DNA of 64,000 nt from Minisyncoccota bacterium (GTDB taxonomy: Bacteria > Patescibacteriota > Minisyncoccia > UBA6257): NCBI GenBank assembly GCA_028695015.1, contig JAQVJR010000001.1, positions 100,422 through 164,421 of the forward strand, written 5' to 3'. Every line of letters starts with the position of its first letter. The first letter of the stretch is position 1. The notes beneath the pieces are model-generated. The model ran no database searches. It was not told the DNA's origin and worked only from the letters and a program-made list of their open reading frames with translations. Position numbers and translations under genes: made by a program. Of this stretch, positions 27,694-37,486 are shown piece after piece.

Positions 27694-30240
27694 CTAGGAT
27701 TGTATTATTGCCTTTAATTCGTTTTTGTCTAAAACAAAAGATACTTTACTATTAGCCCCTATCTTTTCTCTTAAAATAGCTCTAGCTAAATTATCTTTAA
27801 TATGATGCCTGATTACTGCATCTAAAGGCCTAGCACCAAATATTGGGTTATAACCTAATTGAGCTAACTTCTCAACAACTCCTTGTCCAAAAGACAATTC
27901 TATTTTTTTGTTTTTCATTAAAGAACTTGTAAGTTCTTTTAATTTTAATTTTATAATTTCTCTTAAATGTTCCTGGGTTAAAGGTTTAAAAACCACAACT
28001 TCATTAAATCTATTTAATAGCTCTGGTTTAAAGAAACTAGTTAATCTCTTTTTAAGATTTTCTGATAATTCTTCTGTTTCTACTCCTTTTTCTATTTCAT
28101 TTTTAATAAAATCAGAAAGCGCATTAGAAGTAGCAATAATAATCGTATTAGTAAAATCAACTGTTTCTCCTAAATTATCTGTTAATCTTCCTTCATCAAA
28201 AAGTGCTAAGAAAATATTTAAAACATCTTGATGCGCTTTTTCAAATTCATCTAAAAGAATCAAAGAGAAGGGATCATTTTTCACTGCTTGAGTTAAGGCA
28301 CCACTAACATTGCCATCAGGGCTGCCAATAAACCGATAGATGCTTTTTTTATCTTGGTATTCTGCCATATCAAAACGAATCATTGTTTTCACGCTTCCAA
28401 AGTAAGTTCTAGCTAATATTTTAGCTAATTCTGTTTTCCCTACTCCAGTTGGTCCTACAAAAAGAAAAACAGCAATTGGTTTATTAATATTACCTAGGCC
28501 AGCCCGATATTGCCGTAAAGCAGAAGCTACTAATTGAACTGCTAATTCCTGATTAATTAATTGCTCATGTATTAATTGTTCTAAATTTAATAATTTTTGC
28601 TTTTCCTCATCAGAAGAAATATCTAAAGGAATTTGGGTTCTTAAACTTACCAAATCTACAATATCCTGTTCTTTAACTATCTTTTTATGATTTCGTCGGG
28701 CCCCTTCTAAAGCTTCGGTGATCAAAGATTCTGCTGAGACTGGTAAAGGAGTAGAGGTTAAAAATCTTTGAGCTAAGGCCACTGCCCTTTTAATTGCTTT
28801 AAAGCTAGTTTTGATTTTAGTTTTTCGTTGTAATTCTAAAGAACGAAATGATAAGAGAGTAATCGCTTCTTCAGGGGTTATCTCTTTAATTTTTATTACT
28901 TCAAAATTCTCTTTAATAATAGAATCTGATTCTAGATAACGATTGTAATCTTCTGGGGTTGTGGCTGCAATAATTGGTACCCAAGCAGCTTTAAAAAGGG
29001 ATTGAAAAGCATCAAGGGCATTATAGCCTCCTTTTTGAGCTAAGGATTTATAATTATGAAATTGAGGTAAATAAAGTATAATATCCTGATTAACTATTAA
29101 TTCCTTTGTAATTTTTGTTAAACGATTAAAAACCTCCATTGGTTCTTGTATGTCTTCAAACATAGAGGAAAGAGGTAGGTTTAAAAGACGATAATCTCGT
29201 AAACCAACTGGCACTTTATCTTGGGCTAAATTTAAAGCTAGGTAAGAAACAATTGTTTCTTTACCTACCCCAACTGGTCCAACTAAAAGAACATTTCTTT
29301 GCCCTGGTCGGTTTAAAATATCAACTATATTCTGATATTCTTGCTGATGACCTATCATAATGCCAATCTTTAATTTCAAAGCTAATTCTGTAAAATCAGT
29401 GCTAAAGAGATCCAAAAGCGGAGTTGGCCTAGAGGTAAGCGACCGATTAACTTTTATTCTCTTAGGTTGAAAACTTAATTGTTTTTTATCAGCCAAGCCT
29501 TTTAATACTTCAATGCCTTTTTCTTTAGAAAGACGCTCCATTTCAAAAGCAGTAAATAAATCACCTTTATCCAAATGAAAGAAATTGAAAAAAGCTTCTA
29601 GCTGAGGATCATTAATTGAGTAAAGAGATAGCATTAAAGAATCAATATTAATAGAATTTCTCTTTAAACTCATTGCTTCTCTTAATGCTCTTTGACAAAT
29701 ATTTTCCAAAAATAAAGAATATTCTTCTTTATTAATCTTTTCTCTCTTTTTAATTTTTTGTTCTTCAATATATTTTTTTATGTCTTTTATCTCTGAATAA
29801 GAAATGTCCAAAAAAGCCAAAGATTCTATTGTGTCTTTTTGCGCTACTAACACCCAAAGCAAAGCCATTACTAATGATAAATCATGATTAAGAGCAACTT
29901 TTTGAGTTTCTATTAAAATATTCTTTGCCTTTGGAGTTAAGAAATAAGCAACATTAACCTTTTGTTTTGATACATTTCTTTCGGTTATTAATAAAGATGA
30001 TTGGCTTTGTTTAATGAAAATATAAACAAAAAACAGAAAAACAATAATCATCATATGATGCCAACGATCTATCTGAAGAATCAAAATAAAAAAAGAAAAA
30101 ATCAATCCCAAATAGAGAAAAACATTAAAAATTATTCTATACAAAAACCTTGTCCAAAAAGACCAAAAGAAAAAAGCATCGTCAAAATACAAACCTTTTT
30201 CTTCTTTATTTCTTTCTAAATTAATGTTTTCTTTTTTCAT
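27694..30240 (-). CDS. Membrane-anchored ClpA/ClpB-like double-AAA+ ATPase. The first nucleotide-binding domain has degenerate Walker A and B motifs, and there is no M-domain and no IGF/IGL ClpP-docking loop.
   Basis: Two N-terminal TM helices (aa ~20-75); Clp_N-like repeats. D1 has GPVGVGKET (K followed by E rather than T/S) and ILYLPQFH in place of IxFIDELH. D2 is canonical: [23 protein letters not shown], sensor-2 GARPL. Confidence 0.7.
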   Translation of the reverse strand: MKKENINLERNKEEKGLYFDDAFFFWSFWTRFLYRIIFNVFLYLGLIFSFFILILQIDRWHHMMIIVFLFFVYIFIKQSQSSLLITERNVSKQKVNVAYFLTPKAKNILIETQKVALNHDLSLVMALLWVLVAQKDTIESLAFLDISYSEIKDIKKYIEEQKIKKREKINKEEYSLFLENICQRALREAMSLKRNSINIDSLMLSLYSINDPQLEAFFNFFHLDKGDLFTAFEMERLSKEKGIEVLKGLADKKQLSFQPKRIKVNRSLTSRPTPLLDLFSTDFTELALKLKIGIMIGHQQEYQNIVDILNRPGQRNVLLVGPVGVGKETIVSYLALNLAQDKVPVGLRDYRLLNLPLSSMFEDIQEPMEVFNRLTKITKELIVNQDIILYLPQFHNYKSLAQKGGYNALDAFQSLFKAAWVPIIAATTPEDYNRYLESDSIIKENFEVIKIKEITPEEAITLLSFRSLELQRKTKIKTSFKAIKRAVALAQRFLTSTPLPVSAESLITEALEGARRNHKKIVKEQDIVDLVSLRTQIPLDISSDEEKQKLLNLEQLIHEQLINQELAVQLVASALRQYRAGLGNINKPIAVFLFVGPTGVGKTELAKILARTYFGSVKTMIRFDMAEYQDKKSIYRFIGSPDGNVSGALTQAVKNDPFSLILLDEFEKAHQDVLNIFLALFDEGRLTDNLGETVDFTNTIIIATSNALSDFIKNEIEKGVETEELSENLKKRLTSFFKPELLNRFNEVVVFKPLTQEHLREIIKLKLKELTSSLMKNKKIELSFGQGVVEKLAQLGYNPIFGARPLDAVIRHHIKDNLARAILREKIGANSKVSFVLDKNELKAIIQS

Positions 30241-30272
30241 AATTTAACAATGAAAATTCTTAAAAAATCTGA

Positions 30273-30620
30273 TTAATGAAAAATTGTTTTAAAAATTAAA
30301 TAAAAAGGTAAAAAAGCTAAGCAAATATAGATTGCTGAAAAAACTAAAGTTAATAAAATCAAAACAATAACCCCGAGGAACATTTTCATTATACGATAGG
30401 GAATGCTAACAAAATATGCCGCTAAAGAATATTCTTGCCAAAGAGGCACAGCTAAGTAACGAAAATTCACTATTAATCCTGTTCGATGTTCCAATTTAGA
30501 AAACAAGCTTTGATAAAGGCCAAAAACAAAATGATGACCATTGATAAAGTAGGTTTGAATAAAATCTAAGGCATAAAAACCAATTTTCTTAAAAAAATAC
30601 CCTAATAATGTTTGCTCCAT
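30273..30620 (-). CDS. Hypothetical small membrane protein (115 aa, 2-3 TM helices)
   Basis: Hydrophobic segments only; no family was recognised. It lies between the EndoQ-like gene and the Clp-like gene on the same strand. Confidence 0.4.
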   Translation of the reverse strand: MEQTLLGYFFKKIGFYALDFIQTYFINGHHFVFGLYQSLFSKLEHRTGLIVNFRYLAVPLWQEYSLAAYFVSIPYRIMKMFLGVIVLILLTLVFSAIYICLAFLPFYLIFKTIFH

Positions 30621-30632
30621 AACTTTTAATAA

Positions 30633-31886
30633 TTAAAAAAGCTGGTCTTGAGGCTTAGCTGTTTCTTTTTCTTCTTTGAATAATCTAATTTTACCATATT
30701 CTCCATCATAGCCAGGTTCAATAATCAAATCTCCTTTTCTTGCTCTTTCTATCCCTTGTGCAATTTCCAAATCAACAATCTTTTTCATTTCATCTAAATC
30801 AGCATCTAATAAGACAGTAAACTCATTGGAAAAATGATTAATTAATTTCTGATACTGTTCTTCTACTTTTTTTGTTCTAGATTGAACTCCTAGAACTTCA
30901 GCTATAATCTCAGCCAAAGGCACTAAGCTTTTATAAGGAATAGCTCCTTGAGGCTTAAATCCTTCAGGTCTATCTGCTAATTCTTCAACTCGTGATAAAA
31001 CACCAACAGTTAATTTTCCACCGCATTGAGGACAAATACCCCCTACCTTTTTTGTTTCCTGAGGTGACATTCTTATCTTGCATGAACGATGACCATCATA
31101 ATGATATTTTCCTTCTTCAGGAAAAAACTCAATCGTGTATAAAAACTTCTGAGGATCTTTTTCTTTAATAGCCTGACTAATAGCTGAATAACTTAATTCG
31201 GTATTAAAAACATTTACCTCTCTGCCTAAATTATTTGGTGAATGAGCATCTGAATTAGAAATCAACGCATATTTATCTAAGGCAGAAAGACGCCAATTCA
31301 TTAAAGGATCACTACTCAGCCCTGTTTCTAAAGCTGCTAAATATTTAACATTCTCTCCATAAGCTTCTTCCAAACTATCAAATCCTGACATTGAGCCTAA
31401 AACCCCAAACCATGGTGTCCAAATATGAGCTGGAACAAATAAAGCTTCTGGCTCTGCTTCCATTACAATCTTTAATAATTCCTCTGAATCCATTCCTAAT
31501 ATTGGTCGACCATCTGATTTAATATTTCCTTGCCAAGAAAGTCGATTAGCTATTTTTTCCGCAGCTTCTAAAGATGGAAGAATGATAAGATTATGCACTC
31601 TTCGCCCCCTTCCATTCCGAGTATAAATATTAGAAATCTCTCCAGTGATTACAAACCTGGTTTTATCCTTTCCTTCTTTTGCATTTTTTAATTTATAAAA
31701 ACCTTGTTCTGCTGGCTCTAATTTATTCTTTAATTCTTTTAACCATTCTGGATGAGTAAAATCTCCAGTGCCTACTACATTAATTCCTTTTTTTTGAGCC
31801 GATTCAAAAATATGCTCCAGATCCATGCTTTGAGAAGTTGCTCTAGAATATTTAGAATGAATGTGAAAATCAGCAAAAATTTTCAT
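30633..31886 (-). CDS. PHP-domain nuclease of the endonuclease Q (EndoQ) family, with a C-terminal zinc finger
   Basis: ADFHIHSKYSRATS, NVVGTGDFTHPEW and ISNSDAHSP (PHP metal ligands); zinc finger C-x-n-CPQCGG. These match the motifs I recall for archaeal EndoQ. Confidence 0.6.
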   Translation of the reverse strand: MKIFADFHIHSKYSRATSQSMDLEHIFESAQKKGINVVGTGDFTHPEWLKELKNKLEPAEQGFYKLKNAKEGKDKTRFVITGEISNIYTRNGRGRRVHNLIILPSLEAAEKIANRLSWQGNIKSDGRPILGMDSEELLKIVMEAEPEALFVPAHIWTPWFGVLGSMSGFDSLEEAYGENVKYLAALETGLSSDPLMNWRLSALDKYALISNSDAHSPNNLGREVNVFNTELSYSAISQAIKEKDPQKFLYTIEFFPEEGKYHYDGHRSCKIRMSPQETKKVGGICPQCGGKLTVGVLSRVEELADRPEGFKPQGAIPYKSLVPLAEIIAEVLGVQSRTKKVEEQYQKLINHFSNEFTVLLDADLDEMKKIVDLEIAQGIERARKGDLIIEPGYDGEYGKIRLFKEEKETAKPQDQLF

Positions 31887-31895
31887 AAAAACTAT

Positions 31896-33059
31896 TTAAT
31901 AAACTAAAATTGTCTGGCAAAGAGCGCCAATAATAAAAGCCACAACTAAAACTGCTAACAAATATTTATTCAAAGGCATCTTGTATGGTGGCTCTAATTC
32001 ACTTTGTTCTTTAGCTTTTTTCAATACTAAAAGAATCATAATCCCTTCAAATCCTCCTAACATTCCCCCAAGAAATGAAATTAATCTTATTAAATTATCC
32101 AAATGCCAAAAATAAATTACGATTGGACCCATAATCACTAAGAAATGACTAATAAAAGGGGACCAACAAAAATCATTAATAAAGCTGTTTTTGATATAAG
32201 AGCCAAAAATTAAATAAGTGGTTGTAACTGCTAAAAACCCTATCCCAGCGCCTAGTAAAATAATTTCCTCTCTTAAAATATTTCTTAACCCTTCTATCGC
32301 TTCCATTGAAGTATTAATACCGCTAACTCCAGCTACTGTAAACATAAAAACCAAATAGCACAAAACTGGAATCAAAGTACCGAGAACAAGAATCTTTTTA
32401 ACTTGATTTTTGTTTATCTGTTTTCTTTTTACAACCCCTATTGCCTCAGGCACTGCTACCATTCCATTAAGAGCAAAAAAGAATACGCCATAGGGAATTA
32501 ACCATCCCCATTGATTATTAAAACTTAGAAAATTCAAATTCTCTATTCTAAAATATGGTTGCGCAAGAATAGCAATAAGAAAAAATAAACCTAATAAAAT
32601 AAGGGATAAATAAAAATTAATTTTTGATAAATTTTTACTGCCAGATAAGATAATGGCGCTTAAGCAAAGCCAAAGAAAAAGTATTATTAAACCTTCAGGA
32701 AAAATAATTCCTGAGAAAAAAGTACTTAAAATAACTCCTACAAATTTAGCGCCTAATTGTAGACAAACTAAAAGTGAAAAACCAAAAGTAAGAAAAGTTA
32801 TTAAAAGGGCGAATTTTTTAGCTGGCGAATTTAAATAATGACCAATATATCCAGGCAAACAAAAACTCTTTTTTGTCCTTAAAACAATTTCCCCAAAGCA
32901 TAAATGCAAGAAGATAATAAGAAAACAAACAACAACTAACCAACCAATGGTTATCAAAACGCCAGAATTTGTCATTACATAAGGCAAGGTAAAGACACCA
33001 GCGCCAATAATCGTCCCTACCAAAACAGCTATTGCTTCGGCTCCAGCTAATTTATTCAT
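31896..33059 (-). CDS. Amino-acid permease-family membrane transporter (about 11 TM helices)
   Basis: 387 aa, polytopic, with an N-terminal ...VGTIIGAGVFTLPY... motif typical of aromatic/amino-acid transporter families. Confidence 0.55.
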   Translation of the reverse strand: MNKLAGAEAIAVLVGTIIGAGVFTLPYVMTNSGVLITIGWLVVVCFLIIFLHLCFGEIVLRTKKSFCLPGYIGHYLNSPAKKFALLITFLTFGFSLLVCLQLGAKFVGVILSTFFSGIIFPEGLIILFLWLCLSAIILSGSKNLSKINFYLSLILLGLFFLIAILAQPYFRIENLNFLSFNNQWGWLIPYGVFFFALNGMVAVPEAIGVVKRKQINKNQVKKILVLGTLIPVLCYLVFMFTVAGVSGINTSMEAIEGLRNILREEIILLGAGIGFLAVTTTYLIFGSYIKNSFINDFCWSPFISHFLVIMGPIVIYFWHLDNLIRLISFLGGMLGGFEGIMILLVLKKAKEQSELEPPYKMPLNKYLLAVLVVAFIIGALCQTILVY

Positions 33060-33071
33060 TTTAATATTTTC

Positions 33072-33326
33072 CTAAGGAAGAATTAAATAAACTTCATCAC
33101 CTTCTCTAACTTTTTCATCTATCTTAATGCCAATTGAATCTCCCTTTTTTGCTGTTTGCACATTAGCATGATCTATTTGCATTGAATCAACTTCTTGTTC
33201 AAAATCTGTATTAGCGCCCTTGATATGAATTTTATCTCCTTGCTTAATTGCGCCTGTTAATTCTATAATGGCTACTTGAATCTTACCAAAGTAATGAATG
33301 ATTTTACCTATAAGTTTTTCTTCCAT
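33072..33326 (-). CDS. Small beta-barrel protein resembling stand-alone EF-Tu domain II
   Basis: 84 aa; the pattern GKI.V..IELTGAIKQGDKIHIKG.....EV.SMQIDH..V..A.KGDSIGIKI....REGDEVY parallels EF-Tu domain 2 (G.V.TG..ERG.I..GD...I.G...........G.EM.........AG...G). Confidence 0.4.
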   Translation of the reverse strand: MEEKLIGKIIHYFGKIQVAIIELTGAIKQGDKIHIKGANTDFEQEVDSMQIDHANVQTAKKGDSIGIKIDEKVREGDEVYLILP

Positions 33327-33427
33327 AATAATTTTTAGCTATCTAATTTTTTATTAAAAAAAATAGCTAGATGATTAAATAGGTTTAAATTCGACCTTTA
33401 AAAAATAATAACATATTTTTAAGCAAA

Positions 33428-34867
33428 TTACTCCCCTTTGATTACTGCTTGAGGTGTTAATTTTACTACTTTTTTTGATAAACCAGCTTTTTCTACTGTT
33501 TCTATAACTTCTTCTATGTTTTTATAAGCTTCAGGCGCTTCTTCAACTAATCCACGAAAACTACGACATTTAACTATAATTCCTTTTTGAGCTAATTGTT
33601 TTCTTAATTCTTCAGGCGAAATAGTCCTTATTGCTGCATGTCTTGACATTCTTCTACCAGCACCATGATTAACAGTATAAAAAGCTTCAGCTGACTTTTC
33701 AGAACCAGCTAGAACATAAGAAGCTGTGCCCATGGTTCCTGGAATAAGCACTGGCTGACCAACTGAACGATATTTTTCTGGAATTTCCAAATGATTTGGA
33801 GGAAAAGCTCTAGTGGCTCCTTTGCGATGAACAATTAATTGTGTGTTTTTTCCATCTATTTGATGCTCTTCTACCTTAGCAATATTATGAGCTACATCAT
33901 AAAGCAAAGTTAATTTTGATTTTTTAGAGATTGTCTGCGCCCAAGCTTGACGTAAATAATGACTAATCATTTGTCTATTAGCCCAGGCAAAATTACTAGC
34001 CGCGCTCATTGCTTTAAAAAAACTTTGCCCTTCTGGAGAATTAAAAGGAACACAGGCTAATTCTTTATCTGGTAATTTTATATTATACTTATCTACTACT
34101 TGAACTACTTTTCGCAAATAGTCAGTGCAATTCTGGTGCCCTAGGCCACGAGAACCAGTATGAACCATGATTACGATTTGATTTTTAAACAAACCAAAAA
34201 CCTTTGCAATTTCTTCATCAAAGATCTCTGTTACTTTTTGAATTTCTATAAAATGATTTCCTGAACCAAGTGTCCCCACTTGATCTTGACCTCTTCTTTT
34301 TGCTAAATCAGAAACATATTTAGCATCAGCAGTTTCTATCTGACCTTGAGATTCACAATTTTCCACATCTTCTTTTTCCCCATAACCCCTAGCTACCAAA
34401 TGCTTAGCCCCACCTTCTAATAATCTATCTATTTGTTCCAGGCTCAATTTTGAACGCCTGCCTTTGCCTAAACCAGAAGGAACAACTTCTTGAATCTTTG
34501 TAGCTAAACTTTCCAGATAAGGTTGAATTTCATCTTCTTCTAACTCTGACTTTAATAACCTAATACCACAATTTTCATCATAGCCTACAAAACCAGGAGA
34601 GATTACTCCATCAGGTAATAACATTGCCCCAACTCCTCCTATTGGCGGCCCATATCCTGAATGAATGTCTGGCATGGCTAATCCATATTTAACTATCCCT
34701 GGCATTGTTGTTGTGTTAATTAATTGAATTATTGCTTCTTCTTCTGTTTCTTCAATTATTTTTCTTGAAGCATAAATCCTCGCTGGTACCCGCATATCAT
34801 TTCTAAAAGACTGAGGGATTTCCCAAAGATAATCATGAATTTTAGAAATTTGAAATTTATTAAACAT
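33428..34867 (-). CDS. rtcB: RNA-splicing ligase RtcB (3'-phosphate/5'-OH RNA ligase)
   Basis: Conserved RtcB blocks: metal-binding His residues, GYDENCGIRLL, HNIAKVEEH and NHGAGRRMSR. Confidence 0.9.
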   Translation of the reverse strand: MFNKFQISKIHDYLWEIPQSFRNDMRVPARIYASRKIIEETEEEAIIQLINTTTMPGIVKYGLAMPDIHSGYGPPIGGVGAMLLPDGVISPGFVGYDENCGIRLLKSELEEDEIQPYLESLATKIQEVVPSGLGKGRRSKLSLEQIDRLLEGGAKHLVARGYGEKEDVENCESQGQIETADAKYVSDLAKRRGQDQVGTLGSGNHFIEIQKVTEIFDEEIAKVFGLFKNQIVIMVHTGSRGLGHQNCTDYLRKVVQVVDKYNIKLPDKELACVPFNSPEGQSFFKAMSAASNFAWANRQMISHYLRQAWAQTISKKSKLTLLYDVAHNIAKVEEHQIDGKNTQLIVHRKGATRAFPPNHLEIPEKYRSVGQPVLIPGTMGTASYVLAGSEKSAEAFYTVNHGAGRRMSRHAAIRTISPEELRKQLAQKGIIVKCRSFRGLVEEAPEAYKNIEEVIETVEKAGLSKKVVKLTPQAVIKGE

Positions 34868-34889
34868 AAAACAATTCTCTCATTAATTT

Positions 34890-35312
34890 TTAAATATCAA
34901 AAAGTATTGTTATTTCCCAAAGACCTTGTTTATTTTTACAAATATTTGCCCCATGATAAGTTACTGCCTTTATCTCTTCTTTAAATCTCTTTATTCTTTT
35001 GCCTTTGATTTTGCCAATAATTTTCTGTTCAGTAAATTCTTCAATTTCAATTTCTGGAAAAACAGAATTATAAATATCTGATTGTGCTAAAACTTCACTT
35101 AAGAAATCTACTAGTAAGATATTTTCTTCTAAAGCTGAAATTTCTATTCTTTTTTCTATTGATTCTTTTTCAATATCTTCATCCTCAACCATTATCCAAG
35201 CCATACCTTCTAAGCCACCCTTAAACAAACCTTCTTTTGCTGAGGCCGTAATTTTTAATTTTATATCAGCTGCATGCTCAATAATAGAATATTTGTATTT
35301 CATTGTTTTCAT
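34890..35312 (-). CDS. Archease (RtcB activator); it may start at the second Met (35303)
   Basis: MKYKYSIIEHAADIKLKITA... matches the archease N-terminus (YxYxEHTADIxxE); about 140 aa; immediately upstream of rtcB. Confidence 0.8.
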   Translation of the reverse strand: MKTMKYKYSIIEHAADIKLKITASAKEGLFKGGLEGMAWIMVEDEDIEKESIEKRIEISALEENILLVDFLSEVLAQSDIYNSVFPEIEIEEFTEQKIIGKIKGKRIKRFKEEIKAVTYHGANICKNKQGLWEITILFDI

Positions 35313-35340
35313 TTTAACTTAAATTTTAAAAGATAACAAT

Positions 35341-35366
35341 TAATAAAAAAAGCCCTTTCGGGCTTT
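35341..35366 (-). terminator. Rho-independent terminator after rpsT
   Basis: Minus-strand RNA AAGCCC-GAAA-GGGCUU followed by UUUUUUAUUA, beginning 13 nt after the rpsT stop. Confidence 0.65.
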
Positions 35367-35378
35367 ATTTCCTGTAAT

Positions 35379-35645
35379 TTATTTCTTTTTTTCTTTTAAT
35401 TTCTTCATTAATCTTGATTTATCCCTATTAGCTTTATTTTTTTTAATTAAATTAGTTTTAGCAGCTTTATCTAAAGTTTTATACAAATTAGGAGCCATTT
35501 TCTTTGCTTCTTCTATCTTGCCTTCTTTAACTAATTTTAAAAAATCTTTCTTTGTTTTCTTTAAAAGATTCAAATTTCGGACATTAGCTTTCCTTCTTGT
35601 AATATTCTTTTTTACTGCTTTTTTTGCTGCCTTAGTAATTGGCAT
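35379..35645 (-). CDS. rpsT: 30S ribosomal protein S20
   Basis: MPITKAAKKAVKKNITRRKANVRN...LIKKNKANRDKSRL matches the S20 pattern. Confidence 0.85.
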   Translation of the reverse strand: MPITKAAKKAVKKNITRRKANVRNLNLLKKTKKDFLKLVKEGKIEEAKKMAPNLYKTLDKAAKTNLIKKNKANRDKSRLMKKLKEKKK

Positions 35646-35653
35646 ATATAAAA

Positions 35654-36646
35654 TTAAAAATTATTAACATTGCTTTGGCTTATAGTATTACATCTTTTAT
35701 GGAAAAAATCAATTAAAAACATTTCTAAACCTATCTTGGCTTCAATATTACCTGATTTAATTTTTTGGTCACAAAAAAGAAGATCTTGAAAAGTTTCTTT
35801 TAATATTTGTGCGGGAATCATTTTAGATAAAGGCAATAATTTACTATAGGTATAATAATGCATTGAAGCTGGTTTTCTTGAACTTTCTTTTAAAATCAAT
35901 AAATTACGAATTTGAAAAACAATCATTTTTAGAATAAACAATGGATGAAGCCCTTGATTAATTAAAACCTCTAAAAATGAAAAAGTCTGTTTATCATTGC
36001 TAGATATTAAATAATCTAAAAAAATAAATATGGTACTAGAAACAGGTAAAAACAAGCTCTCTTCAAGTAATTTTCTATCTATTAACCCTTTTTTAATTAA
36101 AGAAAGCTTTTTTAAAGCATGATAGATAGAACCCGTATCAGAAAAAAAACTATTTGCTAATAATTGACGCGCCTCTGGACTAAGTCTTAATCCAAATTCT
36201 TGTTCTTGTTCTGTTATCCATTTTGTTAATTTCCCGCTTTTTAATAAAGGAAATTCTTTATCCCCCTTGGCTTTTTGTTTTACCCATTTCTGTAAAGAAT
36301 TACTTAATATCTTATCGTTTTCATAAAAGATAATCATTAAATCCTTAGCTAGTTCAACTTTTTGAGCTTTCAGAATTTTCAAAAAATCATTACGAAATTG
36401 AATATTTGTATTTTTAAAAATATTTTTGATTAATATTAAACGACTGCCAGAAAAAAGTGTTTTACTTTTTAAAATATCATTTAAAACAGAAAGATCTGAA
36501 GGTGTTTTAGCCTTATCAGAAAAATCATAATCAAAAAAAGCCGGAGCGTCTTTTTGATAAAACTCCTTTACTTTTAATAAATATTGCCATGAACGAAAAG
36601 AATCTTCTCCATGAATAAGATAAAGCATAATTATTCTTTTTGACAT
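35654..36646 (-). CDS. holA: DNA polymerase III delta subunit
   Basis: N-terminal LYLIHGEDSF, the HolA signature; about 330 aa. Confidence 0.7.
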   Translation of the reverse strand: MSKRIIMLYLIHGEDSFRSWQYLLKVKEFYQKDAPAFFDYDFSDKAKTPSDLSVLNDILKSKTLFSGSRLILIKNIFKNTNIQFRNDFLKILKAQKVELAKDLMIIFYENDKILSNSLQKWVKQKAKGDKEFPLLKSGKLTKWITEQEQEFGLRLSPEARQLLANSFFSDTGSIYHALKKLSLIKKGLIDRKLLEESLFLPVSSTIFIFLDYLISSNDKQTFSFLEVLINQGLHPLFILKMIVFQIRNLLILKESSRKPASMHYYTYSKLLPLSKMIPAQILKETFQDLLFCDQKIKSGNIEAKIGLEMFLIDFFHKRCNTISQSNVNNF

Positions 36647-37467
36647 TTAGGACAATAGAAAGTTGACCGACCTTTCTGAACTATTCTTTTTATCTGGCCC
36701 TGACAACGAAAACATTTTTCCTGATGATAAGCACGCAATTTGGGAGCATAATTGCCAAACTTGCCTTCTGTGTCTTGATACATCTTATCAGCTACTGTTG
36801 ATCCTTTGAATTCTACTGCCTTTATTAAAACTTTTTTAATGTTTTGATAAATTCTTTTTTTCTCCAATAAAGTTAATTCTTGTACATCTTTAAGAGGGTT
36901 TACTTTTGCTGCCCATAAAATTTCACTAGCATAAATATTTCCAATCCCGGCTATAATATTCTGCTCTAATAAAACTTCCTTTATCTTGCCCCTCCTTTTT
37001 GCATTTAATGAGTTTTCAAAGTTTTTAAAAGTAAAATCTTTAGCTAAAGGATTTAATCCTAATTCTTTAATTTCCTTTAAATCTTTAATTTTATCTGTTT
37101 TTTCTAAAAGAATCCTAGCAAATTTTCTTAAATCTGAAAGCGCCAGATAAGTTCGATTGCTTAATTTAAGCCTAAAATGGATATATGGGTCTTGTCTGAT
37201 AAATTCTTCTGAACCTACTAAAATTCTCCCTGTAAGTTTTAAATGAATTAAACAACTCCAACCTCCGCTAAGATTAATAACAATATTTTTCCCTTGGCGA
37301 TTAACACCTAGAATAGTCCTGCCAATGATTGTCTTTTTGAATTTCTGCTGACTAATTCTACCTCTTAATAATTTCACCCAATCAAACCAAACACCTTTAA
37401 TTATTAAGCCCTTTGTTTTCCTATTTAATTGACGCGTGATTGTTTCTACCTCTGGTAATTCAGGCAT
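36631..37467 (-). CDS. mutM: Formamidopyrimidine-DNA glycosylase (Fpg/MutM)
   Basis: Begins MPELPEVE (catalytic Pro2/Glu3); H2TH region; C-terminal zinc finger CFRCQGQI...YCPKCQ. Confidence 0.85.
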   Translation of the reverse strand: MPELPEVETITRQLNRKTKGLIIKGVWFDWVKLLRGRISQQKFKKTIIGRTILGVNRQGKNIVINLSGGWSCLIHLKLTGRILVGSEEFIRQDPYIHFRLKLSNRTYLALSDLRKFARILLEKTDKIKDLKEIKELGLNPLAKDFTFKNFENSLNAKRRGKIKEVLLEQNIIAGIGNIYASEILWAAKVNPLKDVQELTLLEKKRIYQNIKKVLIKAVEFKGSTVADKMYQDTEGKFGNYAPKLRAYHQEKCFRCQGQIKRIVQKGRSTFYCPKCQKE

Positions 37468-37486
37468 ATAGATAAATTGATACAAA

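Noticed and set aside
18508-30219. Other embedded short ORFs (18508-18699, 21329-21529, 22014-22286, 23984-24211, 25440-25643, 27908-28231, 30001-30219)
   Set aside because: All lie antisense or out of frame within confidently assigned genes (trmD, smc/rnc, nusB, ileS, the Clp-like gene) and have no RBS or start context.
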